64,000 bases of DNA from Williopsis jadinii (lineage: Eukaryota), in the NCBI GenBank assembly GCA_024346625.1, contig AP024667.1:1116001-1180000 (forward strand), read 5' to 3'. The notes beneath the pieces were generated by a model. The model was not told the origin of the DNA, made no database searches, and saw nothing but the letters and a program-made list of their open reading frames with translations. Shown here in pieces: positions 1 through 11,870 of this stretch. Positions within the stretch are counted from its first letter, which is position 1; every line of letters starts with the position of its first letter. The position numbers and the translations under genes were made by a program.

Positions 1-941
1 ACTATTGAAGCCCCTCCTCCAAGAGACTAACACGGCAGCCAGCTGTTCCATGTGCTAGCTTAGACGGAATTCGGCACGCTTGCGGACGGGCGCGGCACCG
101 CACTCCATAGTCATATTAATCAGAATGATTATTGTCTGGCGGTAAAGTCTGATCACAGAGATGATTATGACGGACCGCAACAGCTTGCTTTCCGCTTGCT
201 TTCAGCTGAGTCCTGACACAAAAAAAGGCACACAGCAACATGACACAAAACTCATTGAGACCAACCACTATCGTATATTATGTCAAGTGTTGTAGGTCGG
301 AAATGACAACGTAATTCCACTTATTTGTCATTGGACATATGCTTCGCCCTTCATAGAATCCCCGGTTGTAGGTTCCCAACAATAATGAGGAACAGACATG
401 GACATCTTCCGCGTGAAACTCAAATTTGTCCAAAGAAAGGGCAGCAAAAGGAGAAATATCAGCTGGAGCATGGGGACAACTAAAAAGAAATTCCCCAAAC
501 CTAAACACTACGGAGAGAAAAAAACGTTTTTAAGAGCAGAGGGAGGAGAGAAGGACAGGGAAAAAAATAGGGACAAACTGTATTTCTCCCATTTGATCAA
601 CATTTTCTAAGGAAAACATCTCTGAAACATCCGGGTTTGAAATCAACGGACTCAGGGTTAGCGACGTAGAAGAGACAACTGTGATCATTATCCTCAAGCC
701 TTTCTGATTGTCTGGTCCTAATAGTGATTTTCGGTACTTCTTTGGCCAGCACTGAGATCATAGTTTATCCGTGAAGAAGCCTTTCGTGTCGTTCGAATTT
801 GCAGCACCTGACTATTCAAAGCAGGGAGAGAAAAAAACACAGAGGACAGACAAATCCATCCGCAGTAACCGCATCAAAACCAGTCGAATTGATCCCAAGG
901 AGACTAGGACATAGCAATTTGGGTACAAGACTTAAAGGACA

Positions 942-3080
942 ATGCCAGCAGCAACAGCAGCAGACGTGAAGAGGAGCAACAGCGAGAAGAAGTCCAAGAA
1001 CCCATTCACGCTCATCCGCTCTTTCTCTCATCACACGCGGACTAGGGCCAACAGCAATGGCAGGACAGGCCAACCGTTGTCGCCGCCCGTGAGAAGGTCG
1101 ACGTCGAGCGCACGCATGCCAGACCTCTCGCACAACCACAACCCGTTTACTCAAGGTGTCAAGGAGACATTTGACGTTTTAGGAACAGGAGCGGACATTT
1201 CAGGCCCAAGGGTCCCACGCACATCAAATCACCATGTGCTGCCCACTTTGTCGACGTCGGGACTGCCCAAGCTGCCAATGGCCGGCTACCCAGCATCAAC
1301 GTCATCGTCGTTCCAGCTATCGTCGTCGAGAACCCCCTCTGCCATGAGCACTGCAACTCAAAACGGGTCCGCAAGTGGTGCCGGAGGCTCATCCTTCCTG
1401 AACAATGAGACATACGTGCTACCGTTCCCATTGGCCGAGCCCAATTCGTACTTGCCGGCAGATATCCACCAGAGCACGGAGACGGTCAATTCGCTGTTCT
1501 TTGTCAACGACCAGAGCAAGCTGAAGAAGTTGGGGTCTGGTGGTGGTGCCATGGTGTTTGGCGCCCAGCAGAAGGCCACACACAAGTGGTTTGCGATTAA
1601 AAAGCTCTATTTGCTGAAGCATGAGACTCCAGACCATTTCTACCATCGCGCAGCCCGAGAGTTTATTATCGGACAGGGACTAAGCGGACACAGACATATC
1701 ATTGGGACTTATGCACTATTGAAAGTCCAGACATATACAACGATCCAGCGTGGATGGGCGATCTGCCTGGAGTTTTGCAAGCACGGCGATCTGTATGACT
1801 TCATAAAGACCAACCATTACAAGAGCAGTGGCTTGAACGAGAAGTTCTGTTTCTTCAAGCAGATAGCGTACGGGTTGAAGTTTATGCAAGACTGTGGTAT
1901 TTCACATCGTGATATGAAGCCCGAGAACATTTTGATTGATCAAGATGCTTGTCTGAAGATCACCGATTTTGGTATTGCTGACTACGCCCACGAGGATCCG
2001 AACGACTTGTCCTCGCCGCTGAAAGAGTGTAAGACATTTGTCGGATCACCTCCATATGTCCCTCCGGAGGCTATGGACCTGAAGGATCCAACCAAGAAGT
2101 CCTCGTATATTATGTTTGATCAGGATAACTGGGCGTTGGGTATGATTCTGTTCGTGCTTATATATGGCTCTCAACCTTTCCTTTCTGCATCAAACACCGA
2201 CGCCATGTATCGTGATTGGACCGTGTCGTACGCTACACTGTGTAACTCAACACCGGCTTTCAGAACCGCCGACAGATCCCATGGCCCTGGGTATGAGTTC
2301 AAATGGGCTAAGGAGTTTAAGAGTACTGGCGCAGCAAGGGTTGCTTGGAGACTGTTGGACCCACACCTGTCAACTCGTTACAAATTAGAGGATGTACTAT
2401 CAGACCCTTGGTTCACACAAGTCGAATGCTGTATTGATGAAGAGGACCCAGACGACAGCTCAAGCTATGCGAGTGTGTGTGCATCTATGTTTGTCAAGCC
2501 TGAAGAGTCCAGGGAGTCATCGAGTGCACCATCTCCTCTTGTGAAGCCAAAATCGATGTTGGACCTCGATGTCTTGTCACCAAGCTCAAACAAGAGCCTC
2601 TCGTCATCGCAGATCAATGGATCTGCTTCGTCACCAGGATCCAACCATGGCTCAGAGCCGTTGGTTATTCCAAAAGCGCTTCCTACATTGGATGAAGTTG
2701 AGGCCGAGAGCATCGCAACCTCGCCAATCACAAACATTACAAAGTCTCTTGCGGAGGCATCGCTCAGTGAGGAAGAAAAGACTGAAGAAGAACATCAAAA
2801 GACTGAGCAACAACCACCAAATGTGGACAACGATAAACAGAACCCAAATGGAACGCCTTCGCCCACAACACCGTCTTCATTGGCCTCACCAAGAGTGCAG
2901 AATTTCAACCCATTCGCTTCCAATACACTGTCATATAGCAGCGGGAATGAAAGTGGAGACCAATCACCAGAACTGGTTAAACGTGGCTCAAGTTTCTCAT
3001 CATTACACTCAAGAGGTAGTGCCATGTCCATCCGTGGAGCCTCCACCACAAGAAGGAAGAAGCACAATCACCTTCCTTGA
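942..3080 (+). CDS. PTK2: Ser/Thr protein kinase of the Npr1/Hal5 family, Ptk1/Ptk2 type
   Basis: 712-aa ORF with GSGGG loop, HRDMKPEN, DFG and GSPPYVPPE. Ptk2-like segments ETPDHFYHRAAREFII, RGW, GPGYEF and AWRLLDP. Ser-rich tails. Confidence 0.85.
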   Translation: MPAATAADVKRSNSEKKSKNPFTLIRSFSHHTRTRANSNGRTGQPLSPPVRRSTSSARMPDLSHNHNPFTQGVKETFDVLGTGADISGPRVPRTSNHHVLPTLSTSGLPKLPMAGYPASTSSSFQLSSSRTPSAMSTATQNGSASGAGGSSFLNNETYVLPFPLAEPNSYLPADIHQSTETVNSLFFVNDQSKLKKLGSGGGAMVFGAQQKATHKWFAIKKLYLLKHETPDHFYHRAAREFIIGQGLSGHRHIIGTYALLKVQTYTTIQRGWAICLEFCKHGDLYDFIKTNHYKSSGLNEKFCFFKQIAYGLKFMQDCGISHRDMKPENILIDQDACLKITDFGIADYAHEDPNDLSSPLKECKTFVGSPPYVPPEAMDLKDPTKKSSYIMFDQDNWALGMILFVLIYGSQPFLSASNTDAMYRDWTVSYATLCNSTPAFRTADRSHGPGYEFKWAKEFKSTGAARVAWRLLDPHLSTRYKLEDVLSDPWFTQVECCIDEEDPDDSSSYASVCASMFVKPEESRESSSAPSPLVKPKSMLDLDVLSPSSNKSLSSSQINGSASSPGSNHGSEPLVIPKALPTLDEVEAESIATSPITNITKSLAEASLSEEEKTEEEHQKTEQQPPNVDNDKQNPNGTPSPTTPSSLASPRVQNFNPFASNTLSYSSGNESGDQSPELVKRGSSFSSLHSRGSAMSIRGASTTRRKKHNHLP

Positions 3081-3342
3081 TTCCATTCACAGAGTCAGAT
3101 TCATACACACACATACGCATATACATATATCAAAAGTACATATAAAATACACACATAGAAACATCTGGCTTGCTGTTTCAATGCATACGGCTTCATTGCA
3201 TCTTTTTAGCTTGTGATGACCGTTGTTTGTGATTTCTGTTACTGCGACAGAGAACACAACTTTCCGGCACAGTTCTAGAAACCGCAATATTTCGTTGGAA
3301 TGAGGTGTTTCTATCGGAAAATGCAATGTATATTGTTCTAAT

Positions 3343-6300
3343 CTATTCGAATGCTTTTAGTTTTATATGCTCTCCTTCTTCTCTTGTGTCGATTTCTCCC
3401 AGCTTCACAAGGACTTCAACGTCGTGTTTATGCGTGGCATCTAGGCTGCCAACCACAGCTTTGAACGAATCCGGAGAAATTGTAATGAGGGAAACCATTC
3501 TCTTGTGGATATAATCGCTCAGATGAGGATGCTTTGTATGAGTTTGCAACAGGAGTGTTATTAAAACGGTGAACAGCTGTGGTGTTGGATATTGCTTCAC
3601 AACAAGAATTAGAATCTCCAGAGAAAGTCTAGGATCGTCAATTTCTAACGTTTTCAGCACCATTTGCTTTATCAAACCACGAATTATGGCACTGTTTATC
3701 GCATTTTGGGACGCAAGAATGGATCTCACAGCTTGCGTTGCGTATGGCACACTGTCTTGATCTGACAAGCCTTGAGATATACTCAAAACAACGAGATCAA
3801 CGTCATCTTGTGAGAGTCTCAGGTGATTTGGAGCGCTTGACAGGAGAACACTCATTGTCAGTATTGTTATGAGCGGAGAATCTAAGCTTGGTTTCACAGT
3901 ACGGTAGAAGTTATTAACTGTGGATATGTCGTTGATGTCAATGAGTTCATGAATCACATCCTTCAATATTGGGAGAATTTGTGGGACCAACTGAGAGCTC
4001 TTCGAAGATGAGTAGATATTTGCAATGATAGACAACAAACTGGCATAGAGATCTTGCTTGATAATTTCTGGGAACTTTGACATCATTTTAGCAACAGATC
4101 CCAGCCCTTTCTTAACAAGCTGGAGCTCAGTGGCATTCAGTCCATCATCTTTGGAATCCGCATCTGAGGAGATGAAACGGGTGGCAGTTGTCATATTGGA
4201 TTGGACGATGTCAAACAGTTTATCGGCATTTTCGGTGAAATCATCTTCCTGGTTAACGTCAAAGTGATTCAAGAACATCTTAGACGTAATGTCCAAGACA
4301 ACAAGTTGCTCCTCTTCTTCTCCTGTGACAAGAAGTCTTTCAAAAACTTCCATACTTTCGTAGATAATATCGTCATAGTAGATGAGTTTAATCAATTCTT
4401 TGAAATCTAGGATCTTCACCAGCGCCAATAATATTCTGAGTCGATTTTCGTTTCTCAGGAGGGCATAGATACAGTGTGCATAGAGCATATAATAAAATCC
4501 CAGTGCATCATTACCCAACAAGTCTGCAATCAGGTTATTTCCAGATTCCGTGAGACAACCAATAACGTCAACTAAGTTCACCCACCAGGCTTCATAGTCC
4601 TCACCTTTAATAGAAGACCCATGTCTCATCAAAGAGAATTCCTTCAAAGTTGAAATCCACAGTGGCAGAAGCAAAGGCATATGCTCTTGAATTAATTTTT
4701 CCAGATCCTCGTTTTCATTCTTACTGAGAATTTCCAGCTCGGCCCAAGCATTCAAGATCGCCAACTTAACCCTCCTTTGACCGACTTCACTAGTAACAAC
4801 GACGTCACTGAGTTTAAACTCATCATCTCCATGGAGATCAGTCAAGGCTCCGGTCAGGATTTTCAAAATTCTTCCAAGTTTTGTCACCTTGACAACACCA
4901 GATCCGACAAACATTGCGGCAACTTTGATAGCCTCACATGCCAACAGAGGCGTGGAGCCCTCCTGAAAGGCAGGCATCAGGGCTGACGTTATTTGGGCCT
5001 GCTGCTGTTCCAATAATGGTATAGTAGGGTAGATGGGATCCTTTGCAGGTGCATATATCGAAATGATTTCCCCGAGAAGCTTCATACCAGCCAATCTCAA
5101 TGGTATTGCAGAAGAAGTCGAAGCTGCAAAAGATATCTTGACAACCTCAGAGACCCTAGAAGAAATTTGTGAATAAAACTTGGAGTCTCTCGTAGTATAA
5201 CCTAGAAGTTGCCTCAAAAACTCGATAATATCAGCCTTGAACCTCCAGTCCACCAGTTCCCCCTTCTGTTCTTCTTCAGATTTATTCGCGATGGATTGCG
5301 CCTCTTCATCCTTGACATTGACCTCAGTTTTAACGTGTTTGTATTTATCCAGGATTTTGTTATTGCTGTTGCTGATGTATTTGTATAACTCCTGTTTGGA
5401 AACGCTGTATAGTTTTTGTAGTTTGACAAACCAAACAACATCGTATGTTTCTTCAATACGTTCTTTGATCATATTTTTCAAGATTTTGGAGTCAGGAAGC
5501 CTCTCCAAACATATCCAGATCAATGGTTCAATCTTTGCAAAAAATGCCTTGTTCTCTGACATCTTGACTAACTGAGATAAAAAGTCCAAAGAGACTTCCA
5601 AAGTCTTAAAACTAGACGTCATAGGAAACACTTCGTTTTTTTCCTCAAAAATAGTGAACATCAACTCAGACCCAATAGACTTACCGATATTTCCTTCAAT
5701 AATGTAGCACAAAATGCCAACAACGTTTTCAGTGGTAAAGTGTTCATGGTCATAAATGATAAGCTCTTGAATCATCTTGATTGCTTCAAGGCGTTCATGT
5801 GTGTTATTTGAAAGCCATATACCACTAAATATGAGATTCTTGACAATTTGTTTGGTCTTCGGTTCGAGATCTTTTATTGAAGGGCCCAGACTGTTGATGA
5901 TAGCTCTTAAGACTCTCATTATGACAGCATTGGAATCGTTATCACAGTTCATGTTAGAGACGGGAGACAATTTGCCAAAACAATCACTGAGATAACAGTC
6001 TCCAAGAATCTGAATAGTTTCAGTTGCCTTTTCGATATTCATCGTCAAATGTCTTCCAATAATTGTGGCCAATGAATCCATACTCCAGCCATGCACCACG
6101 GGATGGCCATCTTTGACAAGTTTCAGCAACATTTCCAGAATGTTACCAAAATGAGAGGCATTGTACCGATAAATGTTACTGAGGATCAGCGCATTGAAGG
6201 CCCTTGAGTGTGCCTGTTGATCATCAACTATTCTCTTTAAAAAGATAGGAATCTGCTCTTTCAAGTCGGTACAGGATATCAGAATTCCGATAGATTCGGA

Positions 6301-8844
6301 GTTCAGTGTAAGTAAATACCTCTCCGGGTGAATGGCACAAATATGTCTTAAAGTTTCAAGAAGCAGAATGCCAACTTGGCTATCTAGTGGGATCTGATTT
6401 TTGTAAGTGAGAGTCAACAATCCATGAATAACAATCGAGAAGTTTATAGCCTGGGTAATTTGTGTAGATTCATTGCAACTTTTGGACAGCATATTAGATC
6501 GTAAAGTTTCCAAGACTGAAAGTTGAACTTTAGTGGACAAGTAGGGAAACGTCAAAGAGAAGAACTCCATTGACAAGTCCACAACACATGTCTTCGAAGG
6601 CGGAGAATACAGCTGGTGTATTGAGTAATCACCAAATATTGTTTGCTGTGTGTCTAATTCGAGCGCGCACTCCACAGGAACATTCAAAGATGATTCGATC
6701 TGGTCTATCCATGTTATGTCAGCAACCCAACTCTTGATATGGCTTGATTCACTTGATCCCACTGGTCTTGGCTTCAAATCAATTGAGCAATCGGTTACCT
6801 CTTCGTACTTCACATTTGGAAATTTGATCAACAACTCATCTATTTCAAACCCTCTAAACTTTGAAGATAGGCCATTACTGAACCCATCATCTTTTGTCCA
6901 AGGTGTAATGACTTCGTTTTTAACAGTTGAAGTATAATTTGGAAGAGACGAAAAATTAGCCACTGTTTGGATTAAAACTGAGCTATTTTCTCTCTTGACG
7001 TATTCAATACACAGCAAATATATCTGCTGACATCTCTTCATAACGAGGTCGGCCACAACTCCTGCATCCGTAGCCAACTTCACAGCAGCAACCAAGGTTC
7101 TTAAGCGAGATATACTTTCAACCATGATCTTGCTAATAGAATCAGTGGTTTCAACACTTCTGAGGAATGCAACAACTGCAGATAAATGACGAGAGATCAC
7201 AGTCAAGGTTTCAAGCGGCTGTTCTTTGATGGTCCCGGTCATATCAGAAGCTTCAAATATTGTTAAGAATTCATCAACAAGAGTTGAAAGGTATGATTCA
7301 TCGCGGTATGTAAATACACCAGCAATCGAAATCCAACACACTGCAAGGGTGTGATGGTTTGACTTTGTGAGTTTCAAATTCTCTTTGATAACTCCAATGC
7401 AGGAAGTCCATATGTGCTCAACCACTGATTTTGGAACATAGTCTAAATCAGCCAATGCAACCAGATTTGATATGATGAGTGACATTCCATAAGAGTTGGT
7501 GGCAATTTTCTCTGAGAAGGGCTGTTTTGTATTATTTATAACCTCATTTGTACAAGTTTCCAAAATCTCCTTTATAATGTTGGGTGATTTTGAGGCGATT
7601 TCCCTCAACACTAAGACACCATTTACTTGGATTTCGTAATGAGGAGAGAGACACAACTTCCATACTGTAATTCTAAACCTCTCCACACGTCCATCAGATA
7701 GGCTTGAAACTCTCGAGATGAATTGTGCACACACTTTCAGAAGAACCACTGTATTCCAAATGCTTAAATCCTGATCCAATTTAGGAATAATGGAATCCAA
7801 CAATAAACACAATGAAGACTCACCAAGTAATTGTGTAATTGTCGTAAACAGTTGAGTGTAATGATTCATAATACGGAACTTATGATTCAGAGTAAATCCA
7901 TGGAATCGTTCATGGTCAAAAATTTTCACCAGGTTATTCAATATTACAAGAGTGTTGTGGGTAGCAAAATCCGCATCTCTAACCATTTTCATCGAAATCA
8001 AATGCACCATTGATTCGACAATTCCAGTTTCCTGTTCTTTCGTGGTACTCTCAAGGTAAAGCTCAACATATAATTCCAAACATGTGGTCAAGTCCCATTT
8101 CAGCAACACCATGTACTCTGCTAATGACTTGGCCAGTTGCACGCGAACATCTTTATGTGAATCAAAAGCCAACTGAATGTAAGGGTGATAAGTAGTTCTA
8201 AAGGTCAGCGCATCAATCTGTTTAAAGCCAACGGCTTGGCCAAAGCAGCCGTAAAGCAGTTTCAGCGATTCTATGGATTCGGTCATCTTGAGCAGCTTCA
8301 GGTACTTGCTCAAGACCGAGTCCGTCATCTCCAGCGAGCCACCGTTTCTCAATATGGCATACCAGAGTGCACTCAGATTGACGTCGAAGCTCTCCTTCTT
8401 CAAGTACTTCAAGATCGTCACTAGTAGCCCTGGGATGAATGACACAACCTCTCTACCAAAACTCCCATAGATCGCCGTCAACACGACGCACGACAAGTTC
8501 TTCAACTCGGTGGGCCTCTTTGTATCGGTGAACGTTGTGATGAACTTGTTCGTGGTGTCAAACAACCTCGTTCTATTCTGGGTGAGTAGCGCGGCATAGT
8601 TCTTCCCCATAGACAAGCAAACAGGTTGCGACAACAGCTTCAGAAACTGGCTGTTCTTGTCATTGTGCAGTAGATCAACAAGCTCATCCAACTGTCGCAA
8701 CAACTCGTTCACCACAGCGCTTCCAACGTCGCAACCGGTGATCTCGCCGTATAACTTCACCTGAGAACTCAACAAAGTACGCTGCTTGTTATCTGATATG
8801 CCCAATTCCCTCACCAGCGCATCGCAAGAGAAGGACAGCGACAT
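3343..8844 (-). CDS. LAA1: AP-1 accessory HEAT-repeat protein (HEATR5 family)
   Basis: About 1830-aa helical-repeat ORF containing the HEATR5-like motif DPIYPTIPLLEQQQAQITSAL. First ATG is at 8844; the upstream GTG-started extension runs through a tandem repeat. Neighbours CBP1 and NUC1 match the recalled S. cerevisiae YJL207-209 block. Confidence 0.85.
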   Translation of the reverse strand: MSLSFSCDALVRELGISDNKQRTLLSSQVKLYGEITGCDVGSAVVNELLRQLDELVDLLHNDKNSQFLKLLSQPVCLSMGKNYAALLTQNRTRLFDTTNKFITTFTDTKRPTELKNLSCVVLTAIYGSFGREVVSFIPGLLVTILKYLKKESFDVNLSALWYAILRNGGSLEMTDSVLSKYLKLLKMTESIESLKLLYGCFGQAVGFKQIDALTFRTTYHPYIQLAFDSHKDVRVQLAKSLAEYMVLLKWDLTTCLELYVELYLESTTKEQETGIVESMVHLISMKMVRDADFATHNTLVILNNLVKIFDHERFHGFTLNHKFRIMNHYTQLFTTITQLLGESSLCLLLDSIIPKLDQDLSIWNTVVLLKVCAQFISRVSSLSDGRVERFRITVWKLCLSPHYEIQVNGVLVLREIASKSPNIIKEILETCTNEVINNTKQPFSEKIATNSYGMSLIISNLVALADLDYVPKSVVEHIWTSCIGVIKENLKLTKSNHHTLAVCWISIAGVFTYRDESYLSTLVDEFLTIFEASDMTGTIKEQPLETLTVISRHLSAVVAFLRSVETTDSISKIMVESISRLRTLVAAVKLATDAGVVADLVMKRCQQIYLLCIEYVKRENSSVLIQTVANFSSLPNYTSTVKNEVITPWTKDDGFSNGLSSKFRGFEIDELLIKFPNVKYEEVTDCSIDLKPRPVGSSESSHIKSWVADITWIDQIESSLNVPVECALELDTQQTIFGDYSIHQLYSPPSKTCVVDLSMEFFSLTFPYLSTKVQLSVLETLRSNMLSKSCNESTQITQAINFSIVIHGLLTLTYKNQIPLDSQVGILLLETLRHICAIHPERYLLTLNSESIGILISCTDLKEQIPIFLKRIVDDQQAHSRAFNALILSNIYRYNASHFGNILEMLLKLVKDGHPVVHGWSMDSLATIIGRHLTMNIEKATETIQILGDCYLSDCFGKLSPVSNMNCDNDSNAVIMRVLRAIINSLGPSIKDLEPKTKQIVKNLIFSGIWLSNNTHERLEAIKMIQELIIYDHEHFTTENVVGILCYIIEGNIGKSIGSELMFTIFEEKNEVFPMTSSFKTLEVSLDFLSQLVKMSENKAFFAKIEPLIWICLERLPDSKILKNMIKERIEETYDVVWFVKLQKLYSVSKQELYKYISNSNNKILDKYKHVKTEVNVKDEEAQSIANKSEEEQKGELVDWRFKADIIEFLRQLLGYTTRDSKFYSQISSRVSEVVKISFAASTSSAIPLRLAGMKLLGEIISIYAPAKDPIYPTIPLLEQQQAQITSALMPAFQEGSTPLLACEAIKVAAMFVGSGVVKVTKLGRILKILTGALTDLHGDDEFKLSDVVVTSEVGQRRVKLAILNAWAELEILSKNENEDLEKLIQEHMPLLLPLWISTLKEFSLMRHGSSIKGEDYEAWWVNLVDVIGCLTESGNNLIADLLGNDALGFYYMLYAHCIYALLRNENRLRILLALVKILDFKELIKLIYYDDIIYESMEVFERLLVTGEEEEQLVVLDITSKMFLNHFDVNQEDDFTENADKLFDIVQSNMTTATRFISSDADSKDDGLNATELQLVKKGLGSVAKMMSKFPEIIKQDLYASLLSIIANIYSSSKSSQLVPQILPILKDVIHELIDINDISTVNNFYRTVKPSLDSPLITILTMSVLLSSAPNHLRLSQDDVDLVVLSISQGLSDQDSVPYATQAVRSILASQNAINSAIIRGLIKQMVLKTLEIDDPRLSLEILILVVKQYPTPQLFTVLITLLLQTHTKHPHLSDYIHKRMVSLITISPDSFKAVVGSLDATHKHDVEVLVKLGEIDTREEGEHIKLKAFE

Positions 8845-8852
8845 ATTTCCAG

Positions 8853-8935
8853 CACGTTTGTTTACACTTGTGGTTTTTGTGGCTCGTTTGTTTACACTTG
8901 TCGTTTTTGTGGTTCTTTTATTTACGCTTTTGTGT
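8853..8935. repeat. Approximately 30-bp tandem repeat, 2.5 copies, immediately upstream of the LAA1 ATG
   Basis: CGTTTGTTTACACTTGT(G/C)GTTTTTGTGG occurs twice, followed by a degenerate third copy. Confidence 0.8.
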
Positions 8936-9179
8936 CCTCTCTTTCGGCCCTTTCGCTGTTTTCCCCCCAATGAGCGATTGGGAACGAGCGGAAAACTCTC
9001 GGAGAAATATCCCAACGAGGAAAGTATCCTAAAGAGGTAAATTCCGGTGAATGCTTTGGAGATAGCCTCGGAGTAAAATTTCACTTTAGTACCTCATCGT
9101 CGCAGGTCTCATAGCGATGAGTTCTCTTTCTCTGTTTCTGTGAGCGCTGTGTGTGTGTCATTCTTCTAGAACTTCAGCA

Positions 9180-11105
9180 ATGAGACGCTGCTGCTTGCTT
9201 TCGAAATATGCTCGTATGGCCTCGGTGCGGTATTGCTCTTCAAGCTCTGTGAGTCCTGTTGTGTCGAGAATTCGCATGGATGTGACCAGCAGGCCAAGCG
9301 CATTGGCTACGTACTTGAATTCCGTAGGAGGTCACATCACGCCGAAACAGTTGGTAGAAAGGACACTGGAGCTTTCCAGCACTGATGAGTCTCAGCGCTC
9401 CGATCTGGTTGGCCTGAGCAATGACGCTCTAATGACCGCTCTCAGCAATGTATCACGGGCCATACGACAGCATGTCGCATTACAGACGTTCCTGGCGGTA
9501 CAAATGAGGTCTTTGGCCAGGCATAACGACGTTGTGTTATTCCTCAAAGTACTGAAGTCGTTAGATGGTGATATCGGAATAGAAAGTGCTAAAATGAGCT
9601 CTAAACTGACCACATCGAAAACAGCTGACCAGAGAGAGACGATGGAGCATATCATCGTCGACATGTGTCTTCACTGGGATAACGGGTTATTGGCTGCGTC
9701 AACTGTGCTGAAGCATCATTATCCCGAAGTTATAGTTAAGAGGGTGCTGGATTATCTACTGCTGAAGGATCCGAAGAACGATGAAATTGCACTGGATCTC
9801 ATCATGAAGATCACGTCAAAGTACAACTGGAAGTTCGACGTATACCACACCAGCCAGATTCAGCAAAAGATCTTAGCGTTATACACCAATAAGAGCGTGC
9901 TATCAAAACTCACAAGGTTCTTCTCAAACCATATAAAGGCCTCAAATAACGATTTTGAAGTTAGAAGCACTTACGAGTTGATTTTGAATGATGCATCTAT
10001 ACATAACAGAGCTGGTATGTATCGGAACTGGAGAAGAATTTCACAGGTATATTCCAACATCATGGACTATGATCTTCAAGTTGTATCTATAATGATCAAG
10101 GAGTTCTTAAAGTCTAAGGGATACCAAAAGCTTGCACAAGACTTGATACAGAGGATCCCACATGAGCATTACACGCATCCCTTTTTGGTAGATTCTATCA
10201 TGCGATACGCAATCTTACAGAACGATATCGATATGATAAACGATATCGTTGAAAACCTGGAAACTCCAGTTCCACGGCCAGTTCTAAGTACCTTGTTGAA
10301 AATGAATATGAAGCTGGGAGACTACCAAGGACTGGAGAGGATTATGTCGCAGATCTCTCACTCAGGTATGGAGAGTAAAGACTACGCTATAATAGTCGAT
10401 GGACTACTACAGAAGGGGGATCTCATGGACGCCATCAGCTTTACGCATGGAATTCCACAACAGTTATCCCATTCTGCATACCTGAGGATTGTGAATCATC
10501 TGGTTTCCACAAAGGGACAGTTCCATGAGCGAGAGTTGGTGATTGTACAAGATATTGTTGATAAATGTCGATCAATGTTTGAATTGACACATCCATTCTG
10601 GACCATGTTGAGCTCCCTTTATATAAGATACCTGACGAAGACCTTTGGGTACGCAGGCGTTTGGAAGTCCAAGATGATCTATGAACGCTCAACACAGGAT
10701 TTCCTATTGGATGCGTATTCACGCCTTGGGTTGAAGTCTCCTGTTATGAGCACAGACATATGTCGGAACCCATGGGGTGTTCAAGAACAGCAACATCTCA
10801 TAAGACTGTCAATTGGGCTACAAAGCCGGATTATTGTCGTGAAGACAATCTTTGACAAGGCAAGAAAACATAATATGAGAGAGGTGATGGATTGGGCTCT
10901 ATTAGAGCTCGTCGAACTGGGGATGTCACCGGAAGACCTAAGAATTGACATAACGAGATGCTACAATAGAGATGCTGCACAAGTTGGGTTTAGAGAAGGT
11001 GATAGTGAACAGCAGTTCAAGAGGATTTGGACAAAGGGGTGCGACTACTCCGTAAAAGAGTGTGAACCATTGCAAAAATATGAACGCACTATGTGCGGAA
11101 ACTAA
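9180..11105 (+). CDS. CBP1: Mitochondrial COB mRNA stability factor (PPR-like)
   Basis: About 640 aa with an Arg/Ser-rich presequence-like N-terminus. Segments LSTLLKMNMKLGDYQGLERIMSQI and WALLELVELGMSPEDLRID resemble Cbp1 as recalled. Syntenic with LAA1 and NUC1. First ATG at 9180, alternative at 9216. Confidence 0.75.
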   Translation: MRRCCLLSKYARMASVRYCSSSSVSPVVSRIRMDVTSRPSALATYLNSVGGHITPKQLVERTLELSSTDESQRSDLVGLSNDALMTALSNVSRAIRQHVALQTFLAVQMRSLARHNDVVLFLKVLKSLDGDIGIESAKMSSKLTTSKTADQRETMEHIIVDMCLHWDNGLLAASTVLKHHYPEVIVKRVLDYLLLKDPKNDEIALDLIMKITSKYNWKFDVYHTSQIQQKILALYTNKSVLSKLTRFFSNHIKASNNDFEVRSTYELILNDASIHNRAGMYRNWRRISQVYSNIMDYDLQVVSIMIKEFLKSKGYQKLAQDLIQRIPHEHYTHPFLVDSIMRYAILQNDIDMINDIVENLETPVPRPVLSTLLKMNMKLGDYQGLERIMSQISHSGMESKDYAIIVDGLLQKGDLMDAISFTHGIPQQLSHSAYLRIVNHLVSTKGQFHERELVIVQDIVDKCRSMFELTHPFWTMLSSLYIRYLTKTFGYAGVWKSKMIYERSTQDFLLDAYSRLGLKSPVMSTDICRNPWGVQEQQHLIRLSIGLQSRIIVVKTIFDKARKHNMREVMDWALLELVELGMSPEDLRIDITRCYNRDAAQVGFREGDSEQQFKRIWTKGCDYSVKECEPLQKYERTMCGN

Positions 11106-11374
11106 TGCATGCTTGTACATAGAGACCACTTGCCAATTATTGTAACACCTCAAGAGCCCTCATACTCCACTCCTCTTTGTAATAATGGTCAGAAATGTTA
11201 TCCCCAGCTAATGGTCTTGCAACGCTACACCGTTTTGCTACTTTGCGATGAGTTACAATATGTCATAAACGTGGAAACTATAGAAGCTCTGCTTATACGG
11301 AGTGGTGAAACCAAGCTACCTTCTACTCTAATGCTCTCGACCGAGCGCAGTTGCAGCACAACCTCAATGTAGAA

Positions 11375-11827
11375 TCATCCCCCAATCTTATACCTATACT
11401 GTTGGTGGAAGTACAAGATGTACACAGAATGGCACACTGCAATTGCGTGGAATCCCAAACACGTTAGGCCTATAGACAAGCAGAGCTTGGTGCACGCTCC
11501 AAAGCGTAAATATATGGCCAGTGGTGGCATGACAAAGGACAGGCACAGCATCCACCAGTGTCTTCTGAACAACTGTGCGGTCTCACCGTGCAGCCAGTGC
11601 CTAAAGTTGTACCAAGGAGCCCATAGCGAGTACACATGATGGCCGGTGGCCAGAACATGGAGCAACGCAGTGTCATTCTCCTCCCCAACTATCTCGTTAG
11701 TGTCCTCTATGAGCTCAAACACCGCGGCGATAGCCTCAACAGGTAGTAGAAACAGAGAGAATAGATACGTCTCCAGTATGAAGAGGACGTTTATAGTGCG
11801 ATCTATCAAAGTGATCGAGACGGCCAT
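11375..11827 (-). CDS. Pmp3/Sna-family proteolipid with an N-terminal extension
   Basis: ATG-started 150-aa ORF. The C-terminal two-helix hydrophobic hairpin LSFVMPPLAIYLRFG...LSIGLTCLGF...HSVYIL matches the Pmp3 pattern (PP.A..L..G). Confidence 0.6.
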   Translation of the reverse strand: MAVSITLIDRTINVLFILETYLFSLFLLPVEAIAAVFELIEDTNEIVGEENDTALLHVLATGHHVYSLWAPWYNFRHWLHGETAQLFRRHWWMLCLSFVMPPLAIYLRFGACTKLCLSIGLTCLGFHAIAVCHSVYILYFHQQYRYKIGG

Positions 11828-11870
11828 TGATGATCGAGTCTGTTTCGATGGCTATGCGTAGACACAGCAC

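Noticed and set aside
155..166. ACAGAGATGAT resembling the U6 snRNA core; similar CAGAGATGATCA at about 27578
   Set aside because: The flanking U6 sequence and internal stem-loop are absent.
8845..9084. 80-aa N-terminal extension of LAA1 in the ORF track
   Set aside because: Starts at GTG and runs through a promoter/UTR tandem repeat; the first ATG at 8844 is more plausible.
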